Positions 1 to 11,420 of a stretch of DNA of 64,000 nt are shown one piece after another (position 1 is the stretch's first letter; every line of letters begins with the position of its first letter). The notes below the pieces were generated by a model. The model made no database searches. It was not told the DNA's origin and worked only from the letters and a program-made list of their open reading frames with translations. The stretch is from Asterias rubens. Its lineage: Eukaryota. Position numbers and translations under genes: made by a program. The stretch spans positions 12,896,001 through 12,960,000 of the forward strand of contig NC_047075.1 in assembly GCF_902459465.1 (NCBI RefSeq), given 5' to 3'.

Positions 1-1668
1 CAAGATGGCAGATTTTTTAAAGAGATGTTTCAGGAGGTGGGATGTGTTGTTCTTCCTGTTCTGTTGTACAGTGATGATTGGGAACTAGCAAACCCTTTAG
101 GGTCTCGTAAGGGTGTCCACAAACTATGTGCATTTTACATGTCATTATTGTGCTTGCCAAGAAAGTTCCAAAGCCGTTTGAACAGCATACTACTGGTGGC
201 CCTAGTCAAATCACAGTTTGTTACAAAATATGGTATCGACAGTGTTCAAAAGGTCATTGTGCAAGACTTTCAGAAGGTATATGATTATGGAATCTACATT
301 GACACCCCTGAATTCAGAGGAATTGTGCGACCCAAACTTTTTCAAGTAGTTGGCGACAATCTCGGAGTGCATGGAATGTTGGGCTATGCAAGAGGGTTTA
401 CTGCAAACTATCCCTGTAGACACTGCAAAGAGCACAGAGAAACATGTAAAGAGCAAGTGGAGGAAAATACAGCCTCACTAAGAGATGAGGACAATTTTGC
501 CCAAGACATTGAACTGAATGATTTGGCTCAGACAGGTGTATCCCGTCACAGCATTATGAATGAGCTAAGTTATTACCATGTAGTCTTCAATTTTGCTCCT
601 GACTTAATGCATGATCTTCTTGAAGGGGTCGTCCCCATGGAAGTTAAGCTCGTCATCAGTGCACTGATTGAGCAGAACTGTTTCAGCCTGGTTGAACTGA
701 ATGGGAGAATCGCAGCATTCAGCTATGGATTCGTAGATGCAAAGAATCGCCCAAGTGTTATTACACCAAATTCACTAGCGAATCCAAAAGGGAGCAGTGG
801 ACAAAAGGCTTCCCAGATGCAGTGTCTCTTCAACTACTTGCCATTAATCATTGGTGACAAAGTGAGTGAAGATTCAGATCACTGGGCTTTGCTGTTGGAG
901 CTACTGAGCATACACAAGTTGCTTCTAGCACCAAGCATAAGTTATGCTGCAACTTACATGCTCAAAGGAAAAATTGCTGATCATCACAGGCTATTTAATC
1001 AGTTGTTCCCGGATATCCCATTAATACCCAAGCAGCATCACATAATTCATTACCCACGCATTATTCGTCTGGTTGGACCACTGTCTCCCTATTCTGCTAT
1101 GCGATTTAAGGCCAAGCACAAAAGTCTAAAGCATGTGGCAAAGACATGCTGCAATTACATAAATATAGCTAAGACAGTGGCAAAGAGGCACCAGCTTGGG
1201 CAAAGCTATGATTTTCTTCTGAAGGAGAGTGTTGAAACAAGAGGCATTGAAGTAGTCAGCCAAGAAGTAGTTCCGGTCACTAGCTTGGAAAATGCTGAAA
1301 CCATTTGTGCCAGTCTGGAGTGTAATTTAGACACCGATATAACTTCAGCAAGTGCAGTGGTAGTAAATGGCTACCGGATAAAGCCTAACACAATCCTCCT
1401 TTTGTCTTGGGGTGAAAACTTCCCCAATTTTGGAGAGGTGCAGCAAATCGTATTACTGAATGACAAGATGTATTTCTTAGTGAATCTATGGATTACTTTG
1501 AGTTTCAATGATCACTACCATGCTTATGCTGTGAAGGCTCCAGACAGCTTGGACATTGCTATGAAAACACCAGACAGCCTGGGAGATTTTAAGCCTGTCC
1601 ATGCAGTGCAAAGCTACTCCCCCCAGGACACTAATTTCTACATATCTACCCGTTTTCAACTTGCTTAG
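1..1668 (+). CDS. EnSpm/CACTA-like DDE transposase (5'-truncated by window; third catalytic Glu apparently mutated to Lys)
   Basis: Frame is open from base 1. Motifs LYSDDWELANPLG, GDNLG, PCRHC, DLMHDLLEG, PKQHHIIHYP and RF(K)AKHK are typical of animal EnSpm transposases. Confidence 0.85.
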   Translation, partial: QDGRFFKEMFQEVGCVVLPVLLYSDDWELANPLGSRKGVHKLCAFYMSLLCLPRKFQSRLNSILLVALVKSQFVTKYGIDSVQKVIVQDFQKVYDYGIYIDTPEFRGIVRPKLFQVVGDNLGVHGMLGYARGFTANYPCRHCKEHRETCKEQVEENTASLRDEDNFAQDIELNDLAQTGVSRHSIMNELSYYHVVFNFAPDLMHDLLEGVVPMEVKLVISALIEQNCFSLVELNGRIAAFSYGFVDAKNRPSVITPNSLANPKGSSGQKASQMQCLFNYLPLIIGDKVSEDSDHWALLLELLSIHKLLLAPSISYAATYMLKGKIADHHRLFNQLFPDIPLIPKQHHIIHYPRIIRLVGPLSPYSAMRFKAKHKSLKHVAKTCCNYINIAKTVAKRHQLGQSYDFLLKESVETRGIEVVSQEVVPVTSLENAETICASLECNLDTDITSASAVVVNGYRIKPNTILLLSWGENFPNFGEVQQIVLLNDKMYFLVNLWITLSFNDHYHAYAVKAPDSLDIAMKTPDSLGDFKPVHAVQSYSPQDTNFYISTRFQLA

Positions 1669-2129
1669 GACAATTCTCCAGGTAATTACATATGACGGAA
1701 ACAACGGGGGCCATCCTGCATCTGTCATATTTACAGTTTTTCCAGTGGTTGCTGTAAAAAAAACTGAAAGTTTATGAAACCACCCAAAATGTATACAACA
1801 GACATTCATGATCATACTGAAAACAATTTCAGTTCATTCATTTGTAGGTTCAATTTTTTCCCCTTCTTTTTCCAATCACCCTCAACTTCCCATAAACATT
1901 TGACAGGAAAACAATCATTGTAAACAATTAAACACTTTTTATACAAATCTTCAAAGTTGGAGGGTCTAGCAGCAGGCCCAGCTGTGATTGCAATTTCTGT
2001 CTGTCTAACTTTTAAACAAAACTGTCTGAAAATGGAAAGATAGTCATAATGATTACTGAAGAGTTTTGCTGTAATGTCGCGTGTACATGTAAACAGGCAT
2101 TTTATGATGACAACATATTTTTCATTACA

Positions 2130-5100
2130 GATCTTGGAGAGCATGATGTCACGATGTCCCAGCACTTCACACAGTGAACCAACACATATGAGGACTGTGT
2201 CATCCCTTGATCCTCCATTGAAAAAACAAAGATTGCAGTTGGTAGGTTTCTATTGCTAATTGTCTTATAAAAATATTAAAGTTCTTTTCACAGCTGCAGA
2301 TGTTGATGCATTTCCATTTTAAGTGAAACATTGAATTCCTTTTTTTTTGTTTTTTCATTTCTGAATACATTTAAATGTTTTAAATATTATTTGAAATATT
2401 AGAACACTTTTTTATAGCTCCAAGGTGAAAGAAAGTCAAAACAATAGGTTGATACAGAGGAGAGAGAAATATACTTAATATTGTGAGTTAAAGACAATTT
2501 CAAATTTCTCTGAGTAGGTGAGATGTGCACTATGAATAAAACACAAATCTTTGCTAAATCACTTTTGATTTAAATGTGATGAGCCCGTCTACAACACTAA
2601 ATTAACTTTCACATGTCAAGCATGTATGCTTCATTTTTGAAAGGGCAAGGGCACCAAGGCATTTTCTTCTTGGTAAAGGGCACCCTATGAGAACATTGTA
2701 AATTTCTACTGCAGCATTTTCTTCTTGGTAAAGGGCACCCTATGAGAACATTGTAAATTTCTACTGCAGCATTTCAAGGGCACCAAGGCAATGACCAGGG
2801 GGCATGGAGGCAATCGCCTCCATTGCCTCTGTGAAGTATCAGGCCTGACATGTACTTAACACTTCTGTTTTTCTAATGCAGGATATAAGAGCCATACTGT
2901 CTGCAGTTCCAAAAGGGCAAGCAAGTATTGACAACATCGAAAAGAATAAATTTGCATCAAGGGCAGATGTTAAAGTCATCAAGAATGCACTTGTCGGCCA
3001 TTTGATGGAAACCTATGGGAAAAAGTAAGAATGTTATACTTTTTTTTAATAGATGTTAAATTTGCATCGGGGATAAAGAATATTATATTGGTTTTACCCA
3101 TACCCCGATGTGTGTATAAAAGCACTGTTTACTCGGTACTTTCCCGAGTTCTGTGAAAAAAATCACAGGCATATTACTAGGGTGGGATTCGAACCCACGA
3201 CATCTGATCTAGAATGGCAAAGGTCGTGGGTTCGAACCTCACCCGAGTAAAATGCCCGTGATTTTTTTTCACAGGACTCGGGAAAGTACTGAGTATACAG
3301 TGCTTTACACACATCAGTGTAAGGGTAAAACCAATATAGTATTAGTGTTATACTTGTTCGACCAACCTAATTTCTTGATTTTCATGGTGAAAAAGAAACA
3401 TTTTGGGCCAAAAATCAATGGCTACCAATCATTGTGGGCGGTGTACAAGCAAACAATATCAAAAATGCAAATGACAAAGCTGGGTGAATGACACTGAGAA
3501 GTATGTGGAAGCTCGTCTCGCTCTTGCCTTGAAGGCACTCGCCATGAAGAACATTAATTCAGATGTTCTACTAGTGCTTGAAGGTGAATTTCTTCAATGC
3601 CACTGTGGAATCAGTTCTGCTCTACGGATGTGGAGCATGGACACTGACCAACCGTCTACAAAAGCGATAGGGTGGCTGCTACACATGATGGCTTCGTGAG
3701 ATAAAACATACAGGAAAGCAGATCACAAACCAGCAATGGGAGAGTGAATGAAAGCGTAAAAGTAACAGATCACATAAAAAATTGTTTATAATGTATTGTA
3801 ACTCTTTTTATCTATTTTTCTTACAGCCCATCATCTCAAACAAAAGAGTTCCTAGCATTGAGTCTTGTGGAGGAATTTGATTTCCTCAAGGATCCCAAAG
3901 GAGAGACAGGATATGTGAGTTGTAGAATGAAGTTAACTGAACTTGGAGAGTGTGTAGCTAGCCTAGATTTGTAACTATTTCAGGTTACATTTGTTCTCAA
4001 GTAATTTGTGGTGTGCATAAAGTTCCCTGAAATGGAGAATGCATCATGGACATCTTTAGCAACCTGCGAAAATGGACAGACAGATCAAGTATTACACAAT
4101 CAGTTTACTCAGCCCACTGCTTACTCTTGAGATGTCTAAATCAGTATTTAGTAGTAAAGAAAAGAGAAAAATGCCCCAAACTTTAACTTGCTCGTTTGGA
4201 GTCTCCCATTGTCCTTTATTGCCCAAGGTCTTTTAATCTCTCATTACCATTTTTCTTAAGTTTAAATGTTCCATTTCACCTTCATAAAGGGAAAACGATC
4301 TCTTGGATTTTTGTTGTGACAGGAAATGTGGTTTATTAAAGGGAAGAAAGGGAGACCTGCAAGTGGTTACCTCGAGGATCGCCTGCGGTATATCAGGAAA
4401 ACTTTGATTCATGACAACACAGAAATCAAGGAAGCTACCCCAAAAGATAAACAGCCTAAACCTCTACAGGAAAACCAAGGTACCCATTGCCAATATGTTG
4501 TTCAAGCAGTGCAGCGCTAGACTCTCAAATCTAGTGGGAGGGGGGCATGTGAGAGGCAAAAACATAGTTTGTTTGTTTTGGGGTTTGTTGGGGTGCTTGT
4601 TTGTTTGTTTGCTTTTTTGGGGGTAGGGGGCAATTGAATTTTTGGATTTCCAAATGCAAGAAATTATGTTTTTCCACGAAAAGAAAGGTTGGACAAGTTA
4701 AGTTTGTTGTTTTCATTTTAATTGTTCTTCTTAATTTTTCTTTTTAGGGGGGGCCTGGGATGGGGCTTTGAAACCCCTCCCCCTTGCTCTCTGACACCAA
4801 AACATTTAAAAAGAAACTGCGATGATTGCTATCAGACATTTAAAGTCTGCAGGGCCTGACACCCCCTAGAAAAAATCCTGGATTCTACACCCCCCCCCAC
4901 GACTGGTATTACAATTAGTCAATAGACACTGAATATTTCGACCATAATTGATAAAATAGTGTCTGTGAGGACGCATTAAACAAACATTTTAACTCGTAAG
5001 ACCTTGACAAAACATAAAAATATCTTCATGTTACCTGCCAGGCCTGGTTCAGGATGACTTTATATCATTAAGTTGTTAAGTTGGATAGTAACGTTCAGTG

Positions 5101-7297
5101 TAGCGGAAGAGCAGCCATTTATCAAAAACAATATCAATTATTATATTATTATTTTTATTGTTATCATTATTATTATCCTCATGAATACATTTTGGCTTTT
5201 AGTGTTGCTAACTGAGGAAGAGGATAATGAAAGGGTGGAATGGATGAAACATAACAGAGTACCAGAGAAAAAATGCTCACAATACATGATGGACACAGCT
5301 TGGTCTCGTCACGCTTGGATAAGACAGAAGGAAGTTGATGGATCCCGTAAATCAGTTGCTAGCATTCTGGAGAGGTATCCACGTCTCATTGACAATGGAA
5401 ATGTGAGTTGCTTTTCTATACCTTTTATATTACTATCAAAAAGAACATGCTTCCTCTTTTCAGACTTCATGATCATACAAGACAGCAAAGTTCAATCTTA
5501 AGCCTTCGAGTAGCTAGCCTGGCAACCTAGTAGCTGAGTGTTTGGGAGATAATAAGTGTCCTTTGCTTTGTAAAAAGTAACATGAAAAGTAATGTGTGTT
5601 TTAATGATTTTAACCCCCCCTTCCCTAAAAAAACAACAACAAAAACAATGAAAACATCAACAGAACAACAAACAAAGCATGTTTGATGTTTCCAACAATT
5701 CCTTATGCAAGGATCCTTGGGAACATCATTTTTTCCAAGTACTGCTCCAAATTGTCCCAGAAACTCAACAGATAATAACAATTTACTAAAAGCAAAACTG
5801 AGACTGGTTGGTTTACAGAAGAACTGATAGTCACACATGGTTTGCAAAATTATAGGCCCTGATACAAAGCACCTATTTAGGTAAATTTCATGTGTTATGA
5901 TTGCAGATTGAACAGGATTTTACACAGACAGTATCCTCTAATTCTGATCTACTCTTTGCGAAGTGGCCAGCACTGTCAAGTTCTGTTCTTCACTATGCAA
6001 ATCAGGTAGACTCTTCGTGGAAAGAACAGTTGGTGAATAGTTCATCTGTTGACATTTCATCCCTATCAGAAGGTCAGTAACTGCTTTTCAGGACGAAGAA
6101 ACTTTCCTCAAACCATTTGCACCAAATTTAAAGTAATAGATTGACTGTCTGGCCAAAGTCATGTGACCTATAGTGGGTGTCAAACATCAACAAACACTGC
6201 GCTCTCCAAAGTGTCGCTGTTGTAAAGTACATGATGAGTGTTGCATTTTTATGTTCAGTTGAGGCTTTTCTATCTCAAAATCTCTGAAGAATGATCCGGA
6301 GCTTCAGTTGCGCATACCACTGCATCAGCTGAGATGACATGTACACATTGGTTGTGCAATCGCTCTATTCTTATGAGGTACATGTTCTTTGAAATTTACA
6401 GAGGAGGAGAGGAACCTGGCCTTCAGTGTCCTCCCTCTCATTTTTCGAGGGAGAGCCAAAGGCATGAGGGGGAAGTGCAACTTAAAAGACAGCTTGCCAG
6501 CATTTATTGATTTCCAGCCGGTTAGTATATTTTTACGTATATTTCAGATTTCAAGTTTTGTTATTTAATTTGCGTTTTCTTTTATTGTAGTGCTCAACAG
6601 TTTGAGAACAAAATAAATAAAACCTGACAAAGTGGGATTCCATTCTAGTACTAAAATAAATCACTAGGTCTTGCAGTTTCAACAAATTTGTTGGAAAATT
6701 ATCTGCACCCTGATCAGTTTCGTTACTAAGTGTGGCAAGTCATTGTTTTTAACATTGCTGAGCAGTTTTAATGATGTACAGGATAATGGGCACACAATTT
6801 GGTTCTCAAGGCCAACTATAGGAGACGCTCTTCTGCCTCATAAGAACGGTACTGTGGAGCTGATTGAAACATTGCAGTAAATTTGGTCAGGTTTGAAGTC
6901 TGAAACATTTGTCTAGGCTGGGTACATTTCATCAAAATGCTTGTTTCTGTGTTGTTCCAACATGCAGGAAGGGACCAATCTCAATGTGTTTCTCAACACC
7001 ATTGACAAGACTTCAAGACCTCAACCATTTATTCTTATTATTGGTGGGAGCAGACTGAGACCTGGTCAAGTCTTCATCATCGTGGAGAGAAGGGCAAATG
7101 AGATGGAGACATTGACGAAAGCAGTGGATTATGCGTTTAAAGTAACGTATGTTTTTGATCTGGGCTATCAACCTCTGTCCTTTGCTGTTTGGCAGTTTTT
7201 GGAAGATATTTACGAGTTGCCCCAAGAGATAACTGGGAAAGAAACAACTGCTACATCAATTCGACAGTTCAGGAGCTATGTCAAATCGCTCAAGTGA
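2130..7297 (+). CDS. Spliced accessory gene of CACTA element 1, resembling the 'SAMD3-like' proteins that accompany animal EnSpm transposases
   Basis: GT-AG bounded exons at about 2130-2240, 2882-3024, 3827-3912, 4323-4477, 5200-5402, 5909-6071, 6403-6520 and 6968-7297. Peptides PSSQTKEFLALSLVEEFDFLKDPKGETGY, SGYLEDRLRYIRK, ILERYPRL and QPFILIIG...AVDYAFKVTYVFDLGY. Exon phases were not all verified. Confidence 0.65.
2625..2847 (-). repeat. Short intronic interspersed repeat (MITE-like) with an internal ~55-bp tandem duplication
   Basis: GCATTTTCTTCTTGGTAAAGGGCACCCTATGAGAACATTGTAAATTTCTACTGCA occurs twice in tandem. GGAGGCAATCGCCTCC is a near-palindrome, and the unit ends in CAGGCCTG. Confidence 0.5.
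3081..3341. repeat. ~260-bp foldback element with two inverted tRNA-like B-boxes
   Basis: Arms 3081-3201 and 3223-3341 are imperfect reverse complements around a 21-nt loop. The arms carry GGGATTCGAACCC and GGGTTCGAACC. Confidence 0.8.
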
Positions 7298-8248
7298 ACC
7301 AAGTAGTTTTCAGCATTGTCAAAGAATTTTGCATTTTTGATGTTGTGACCCTAAATGTCTTCCTTTACATTTTCCAAAAAAGTTCCACATTTAAATGTTC
7401 TTAAAATATGCGTGAGTAGGCCTACCATGCACTCTAGTGGTAGTTTCCGGGCAAGTTGATAAAGTTATAGTGATCTCATGTTACTGAACAACAGATGTTG
7501 CAGATCACATTATGATGGAGAAGTTGAGGAATCTCCTTCCACCCCCAGTGCTAAGATTACCAAAAAGTTCATTTTGTGCACATCATAATGGGAAAATGAG
7601 TATGTAATTGCATCACTCTGCAGAGCTACTCATTTATTCCCTTATACAAACTTGGTTTAATTTGGCCAAGATTGAGGCCTACCCACTCTGTGTTGTGGGT
7701 TGCTTACATGCAAGGTTTATCAAATATTCGTTTTTGTGTTTTGAGACATTGATAGTCCTTATATGATCCAAAACATAAGACGCTTGACTTTTTATGGCCT
7801 CATTTAATTGTGTCAATTGAAATGTGGCCTGAGAAACAACTTTTAGCCATGTAATCACCACCTTAGGTTTATCTTACATATCTTCAATAGAATGGCTGAA
7901 AGGGATCTGAAATGAAGCCATTATTTAACTGTTATGCCAAAAGTTAAAGGCACTATAAATATATTATAAGGCATGATAACTAAATGCATTTTCATCATAG
8001 CTGTACTGCTAAAATTCCAATCTTAATAAACAAGGTGTGCTAGTGCTGATAGTGAAAATATATCCATTGAGTCTAATGAAATTTAAAATACATTATTAAA
8101 GACTGTCGCTAGTGAATTTGTATTGTATTATTAATTAATTTATTTATTTCCTTCAGATACACACAATGTTATCTTTTGGACATTTGGGTCAAGTTTGGGT
8201 CCCCTTATTGACTTCAACAGGTATTATAGAATTATTGACTGCTTACAG

Positions 8249-8440
8249 GGGGCAATTTCATCGAGAGCTGCTTACGCACAAAAACTAGACAGCACTACGA
8301 ATATACGCTTACAAACATAATGTTACCAGCTAAAATGCTATATCACATGAACCATCTGTGACTGGTTTCCTGCTCATATTTGCTGTGCCAAAATTTGTAA
8401 AGAAAAATTGTCTGCATATGCAGCTCTATGAAATTGGTCT
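8249..8440. mobile_element. MITE, PIF/Harbinger-like
   Basis: Imperfect TIRs CAATTTCATCGAGAGCTGC / GCAGCTCTATGAAATTG, flanked on both sides by CAG (8246-8248 and 8441-8443). Confidence 0.6.
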
Positions 8441-9159
8441 CAGTCCAACAAGTCCAACTTAAAGAGGGGCTCTATGGTCAAACATAAATTAAGAAAAAAC
8501 ATACTCATTTTACAGTTGATTAAGTCCATGTTGAAGTGTGCTAAATGGAATTCAAGTATCTTCATGTTAAAGGTGTTTAAAATGTTATTTAATTTGATAC
8601 ATTTTCAGAGTGATGTGAAACATTGGTGTCACTGGCTGGGTTTTTTGTATGATAAATAAGTATCTGTAGGAATTTTTCGCTTATCAAAAAGACCATTTCA
8701 ACTCAGATTTGATTGAATATTATGGAGCATTATGGATAAAATACAATTCCCTGAACAAAATAATACAAAATATAGAAGTTATCAAATAGAATAATGTTTT
8801 ATACCACTTTTATGAAATGATGCTCATAAACAGGGGTGGGATCAGGGAAGATAAAGGGAGGGGGAACTTGGTGTGGGTTGGGTTGGAGGAAATGAGGTGA
8901 CTCCAGGGAAGACATGTAAGTTATAAAGTGAAATGTTTTTAAGAAAATGTTTTTAAGAAGTTTACTTGAAATTATGGAAATTGTGTTTAGGGTTTGGTTA
9001 TTACAGGTTGTTTCGGAGTTGAAAATAAAAAATAACTTGTTGCTGGAATTACAACAATTAGTAAAGTGTGTCCAATTATGTATGAATTATTTGGTGAACC
9101 CTGAATTAAGCATTATTTGGTTTAATGATTGATATTAATTGGGTAAATTAAAACAAAAT

Positions 9160-9634
9160 TTAACAAACGGGTGGTTAAGATATAACTTATGTTTGCCCAA
9201 CCATTTAATATATAACCAACCAATGGTTAAACTGTGCCCAACTCTTAGCTATTTATTTCCCAAATTCTGACCATGAAAAAACATTAGTTGGGTAAATTGT
9301 TACTACTTAATGGTTAAAATACGACATAATTCAACCAACAGATGGTCAAGATTTAAACGACAGTTAAGTGGGCATGAATTGCCCAACCTTTATTTTTGAC
9401 CAACTAATGCCCAACCCTTTTTCCAAAATGCCCAACTTTTTTTACACAATAGGCTGGGTAAAGTGAAGTTAACCAATAATTGGTTTAACTTTTTGACCAA
9501 CCACTTATTAAAAAGCTAACCAACCCTGGTTGGTTAGCACTTTGCCCAACTGTTGGGTGGTTCACCTGGTAATACTAGGTTGGTTAAAATTTTATCCAAG
9601 TTGGTTAAATTTTTTAACCAACGTTCTGAGAGTG
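9160..9634. repeat. Subterminal repeat field and right terminus of CACTA element 1
   Basis: Many copies of CCAAC / GTTGG / TTGGTTAA in both orientations, ending at ...GAGTG. Confidence 0.8.
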
Positions 9635-10471
9635 AAGCAGATGTCGATACCTGTATCGTTCCAAAGACCATGAAATGGAATTGGAACCAACAGCAACAGT
9701 CCCAACACATAATGTAAGTTGTTAGTAATTTAGGTAGGGTAGTAAACTAGTAGTCACCCGACGTACATGTAGTGTGTGTATATGGAGGTAGATTTATCAA
9801 GTTTTATTAATTTCCCTCAAGAAGTTCAAGTTCAAAGTTCTTCTTCAGAATATTGTTCTAACTAACTAATTTAATCCTCCCCTGTCCGGTTTTCGATGTA
9901 CTAGCTAGACCTATCTATGTTTTTTTCTTTGAACTGAAAAAAACATATGATATATATTTTATATTAGTTAAAGATTTTTATAATAGACAAGGAATTTAAT
10001 TAGTCTTGTCGATGGGTACTATATAGTACTTAGTCAATGGTAGCTCATAAGTTTCTGCCCTATTAGTATAGTAGGCCTATTACAACAAATGATTTGTTTA
10101 AGGCTTACTATAAATATGATGATGACACTGGTGTTGATTTCAATGAAGCAGCAAATCAAGATGGCATTCAATATCAAGAGGATCTAAATCTAGATTTAGA
10201 TGATAACCCAGATCATCAAGCTAATTGCCCAGGACCAGATGATTCAGATCAAAATGATGACCCCGACCCAGATGATGACCCAGACCAAAATGATGATCCT
10301 GACCCAGATGATGACCCAGACCAAAATGATGATCCTGACCCAGATGATGACCCAGACCAAAATGATGATCCTGACCCAGATGATGACCGGGACGATCCGG
10401 ATCTAAATGACAGCCAAGAGTCATCGGATGACTCTGTTGTAAATGATGAAATTGAAGATGGCGATTACCAG
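9635..10471 (+). CDS. Two exons (9635-9713, 10103-10471) encoding an Asp-rich low-complexity segment; probable 5' exons of CACTA transposase 2
   Basis: Donors GTAAGT at 9714 and 10472 and acceptor AG at 10101-10102 are all phase 0. The second exon holds a 36-bp tandem repeat encoding DDPDPDDDPDQN. Confidence 0.5.
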
Positions 10472-10533
10472 GTAAGTCTAATTACCCATATACTTTTGTG
10501 CATCTTAGTCCAAAATCCTTTCCACCAACATTA

Positions 10534-10602
10534 GGGCTAGACAGCTCAGTTGGTAAAGCACTAGCACATAAATCCAGAGCTGCCATGGCAGATTCAAATC
10601 CT
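10534..10602 (+). repeat. Degenerate tRNA-derived (SINE-head-like) sequence, cut off right after its B-box
   Basis: GGGCTAGACAGCTCAGTTGGTAAAGCA (A-box) ... AGATTCAAATCC (degenerate B-box). It does not form a complete cloverleaf. Confidence 0.55.
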
Positions 10603-10779
10603 TTTTAGGTGTTCGGCCAACAGCCGAACAACTATTGTTATTGTTAGGTGTATGAGCACGAACACCTCTTGTTATTGTTCTGTTTTTAGGTGTTCGTGCA
10701 ATATGAGCACGAACACCTCTTGTTATTGTTCTGTTTTTTCTTTTTCTTCTCCTTCTTCCACGCAACTCTTCTCTGGATA

Positions 10780-11420
10780 ATAACTCAATATTGAAACTGA
10801 ATTGAACCTTGAAACTCATCAGACAATTGAACCTCAATAAGAGGACGGCACAGTTGTCATTACGTCATGATGACGTCATCAGGTGTTGAATTACAGGGTT
10901 TTTAAAATTGAAAATGACCTTTTGCTTTTTGCTGTATCTCAGCGAACATAAAAGCTATGATGTTCAAAGTTTTTGCATCTGATAGACCAAGGTTGGGGCA
11001 ACATTTGAAAAGTTAACGCCAAAATCGTACGACCTAAGCTTCCGGGTCGTTACCCTGGGTCGAAGTTCACCTTCGTTTTTTTTCGTCAAAAAACAACTTT
11101 CGAGCTTATCTACGGAATAACTCAAGATTGAGATTGAATTGAATGTTGAAACTCAACAGATAGTTGAACCTCAATATCAAGACAACACATACTTAATTAT
11201 GTCATGATGACGTCATCGGGCATTGAATTACGTTAGATCAAAGTTTAATATTTGTAAAAATCATAACTCAAAAACTATGATTCGGATTTTGACAATCTAC
11301 ACATCATCGGATAGATCGTTAAAAGTTGGACAAATGCTTCACAGAACCCGTACAATATTTTAACTTACTTCTGATTATAACGCGAGTTGAAAATTTTAGA
11401 TTATCTTATTTTATTTAAAT
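10780..11420 (+). repeat. Internal module shared by elements A and B
   Basis: TAACTCAAGATTGA.., GATGACGTCAT and AAAGCTATGATGTTCA blocks recur at 36990-37440 and 38740-39125. Confidence 0.8.

Larger units (their letters stand above)
1..9634 (+). mobile_element. CACTA/EnSpm (CMC superfamily) DNA transposon 1, left end outside window
   Basis: Transposase at 1-1668 and spliced accessory gene at 2130-7297. Dense subterminal CCAAC/TTGGTTAA/TGCCCAAC motifs at about 9160-9620 end in GTTCTGAGAGTG (9623-9634; reverse complement CACTCTCAGAAC, a CACT-type terminus). Confidence 0.8.

Noticed and set aside
10200-10424. Alternative-frame repetitive ORFs (QMMTQTKMM.. and GHHLGQDHH..)
   Set aside because: They are by-products of the 36-bp repeat; only the Asp-rich frame fits the splice sites.
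10534-10602. Functional tRNA gene (also 3180-3245)
   Set aside because: Only degenerate A/B boxes are present, with no complete cloverleaf or acceptor stem.
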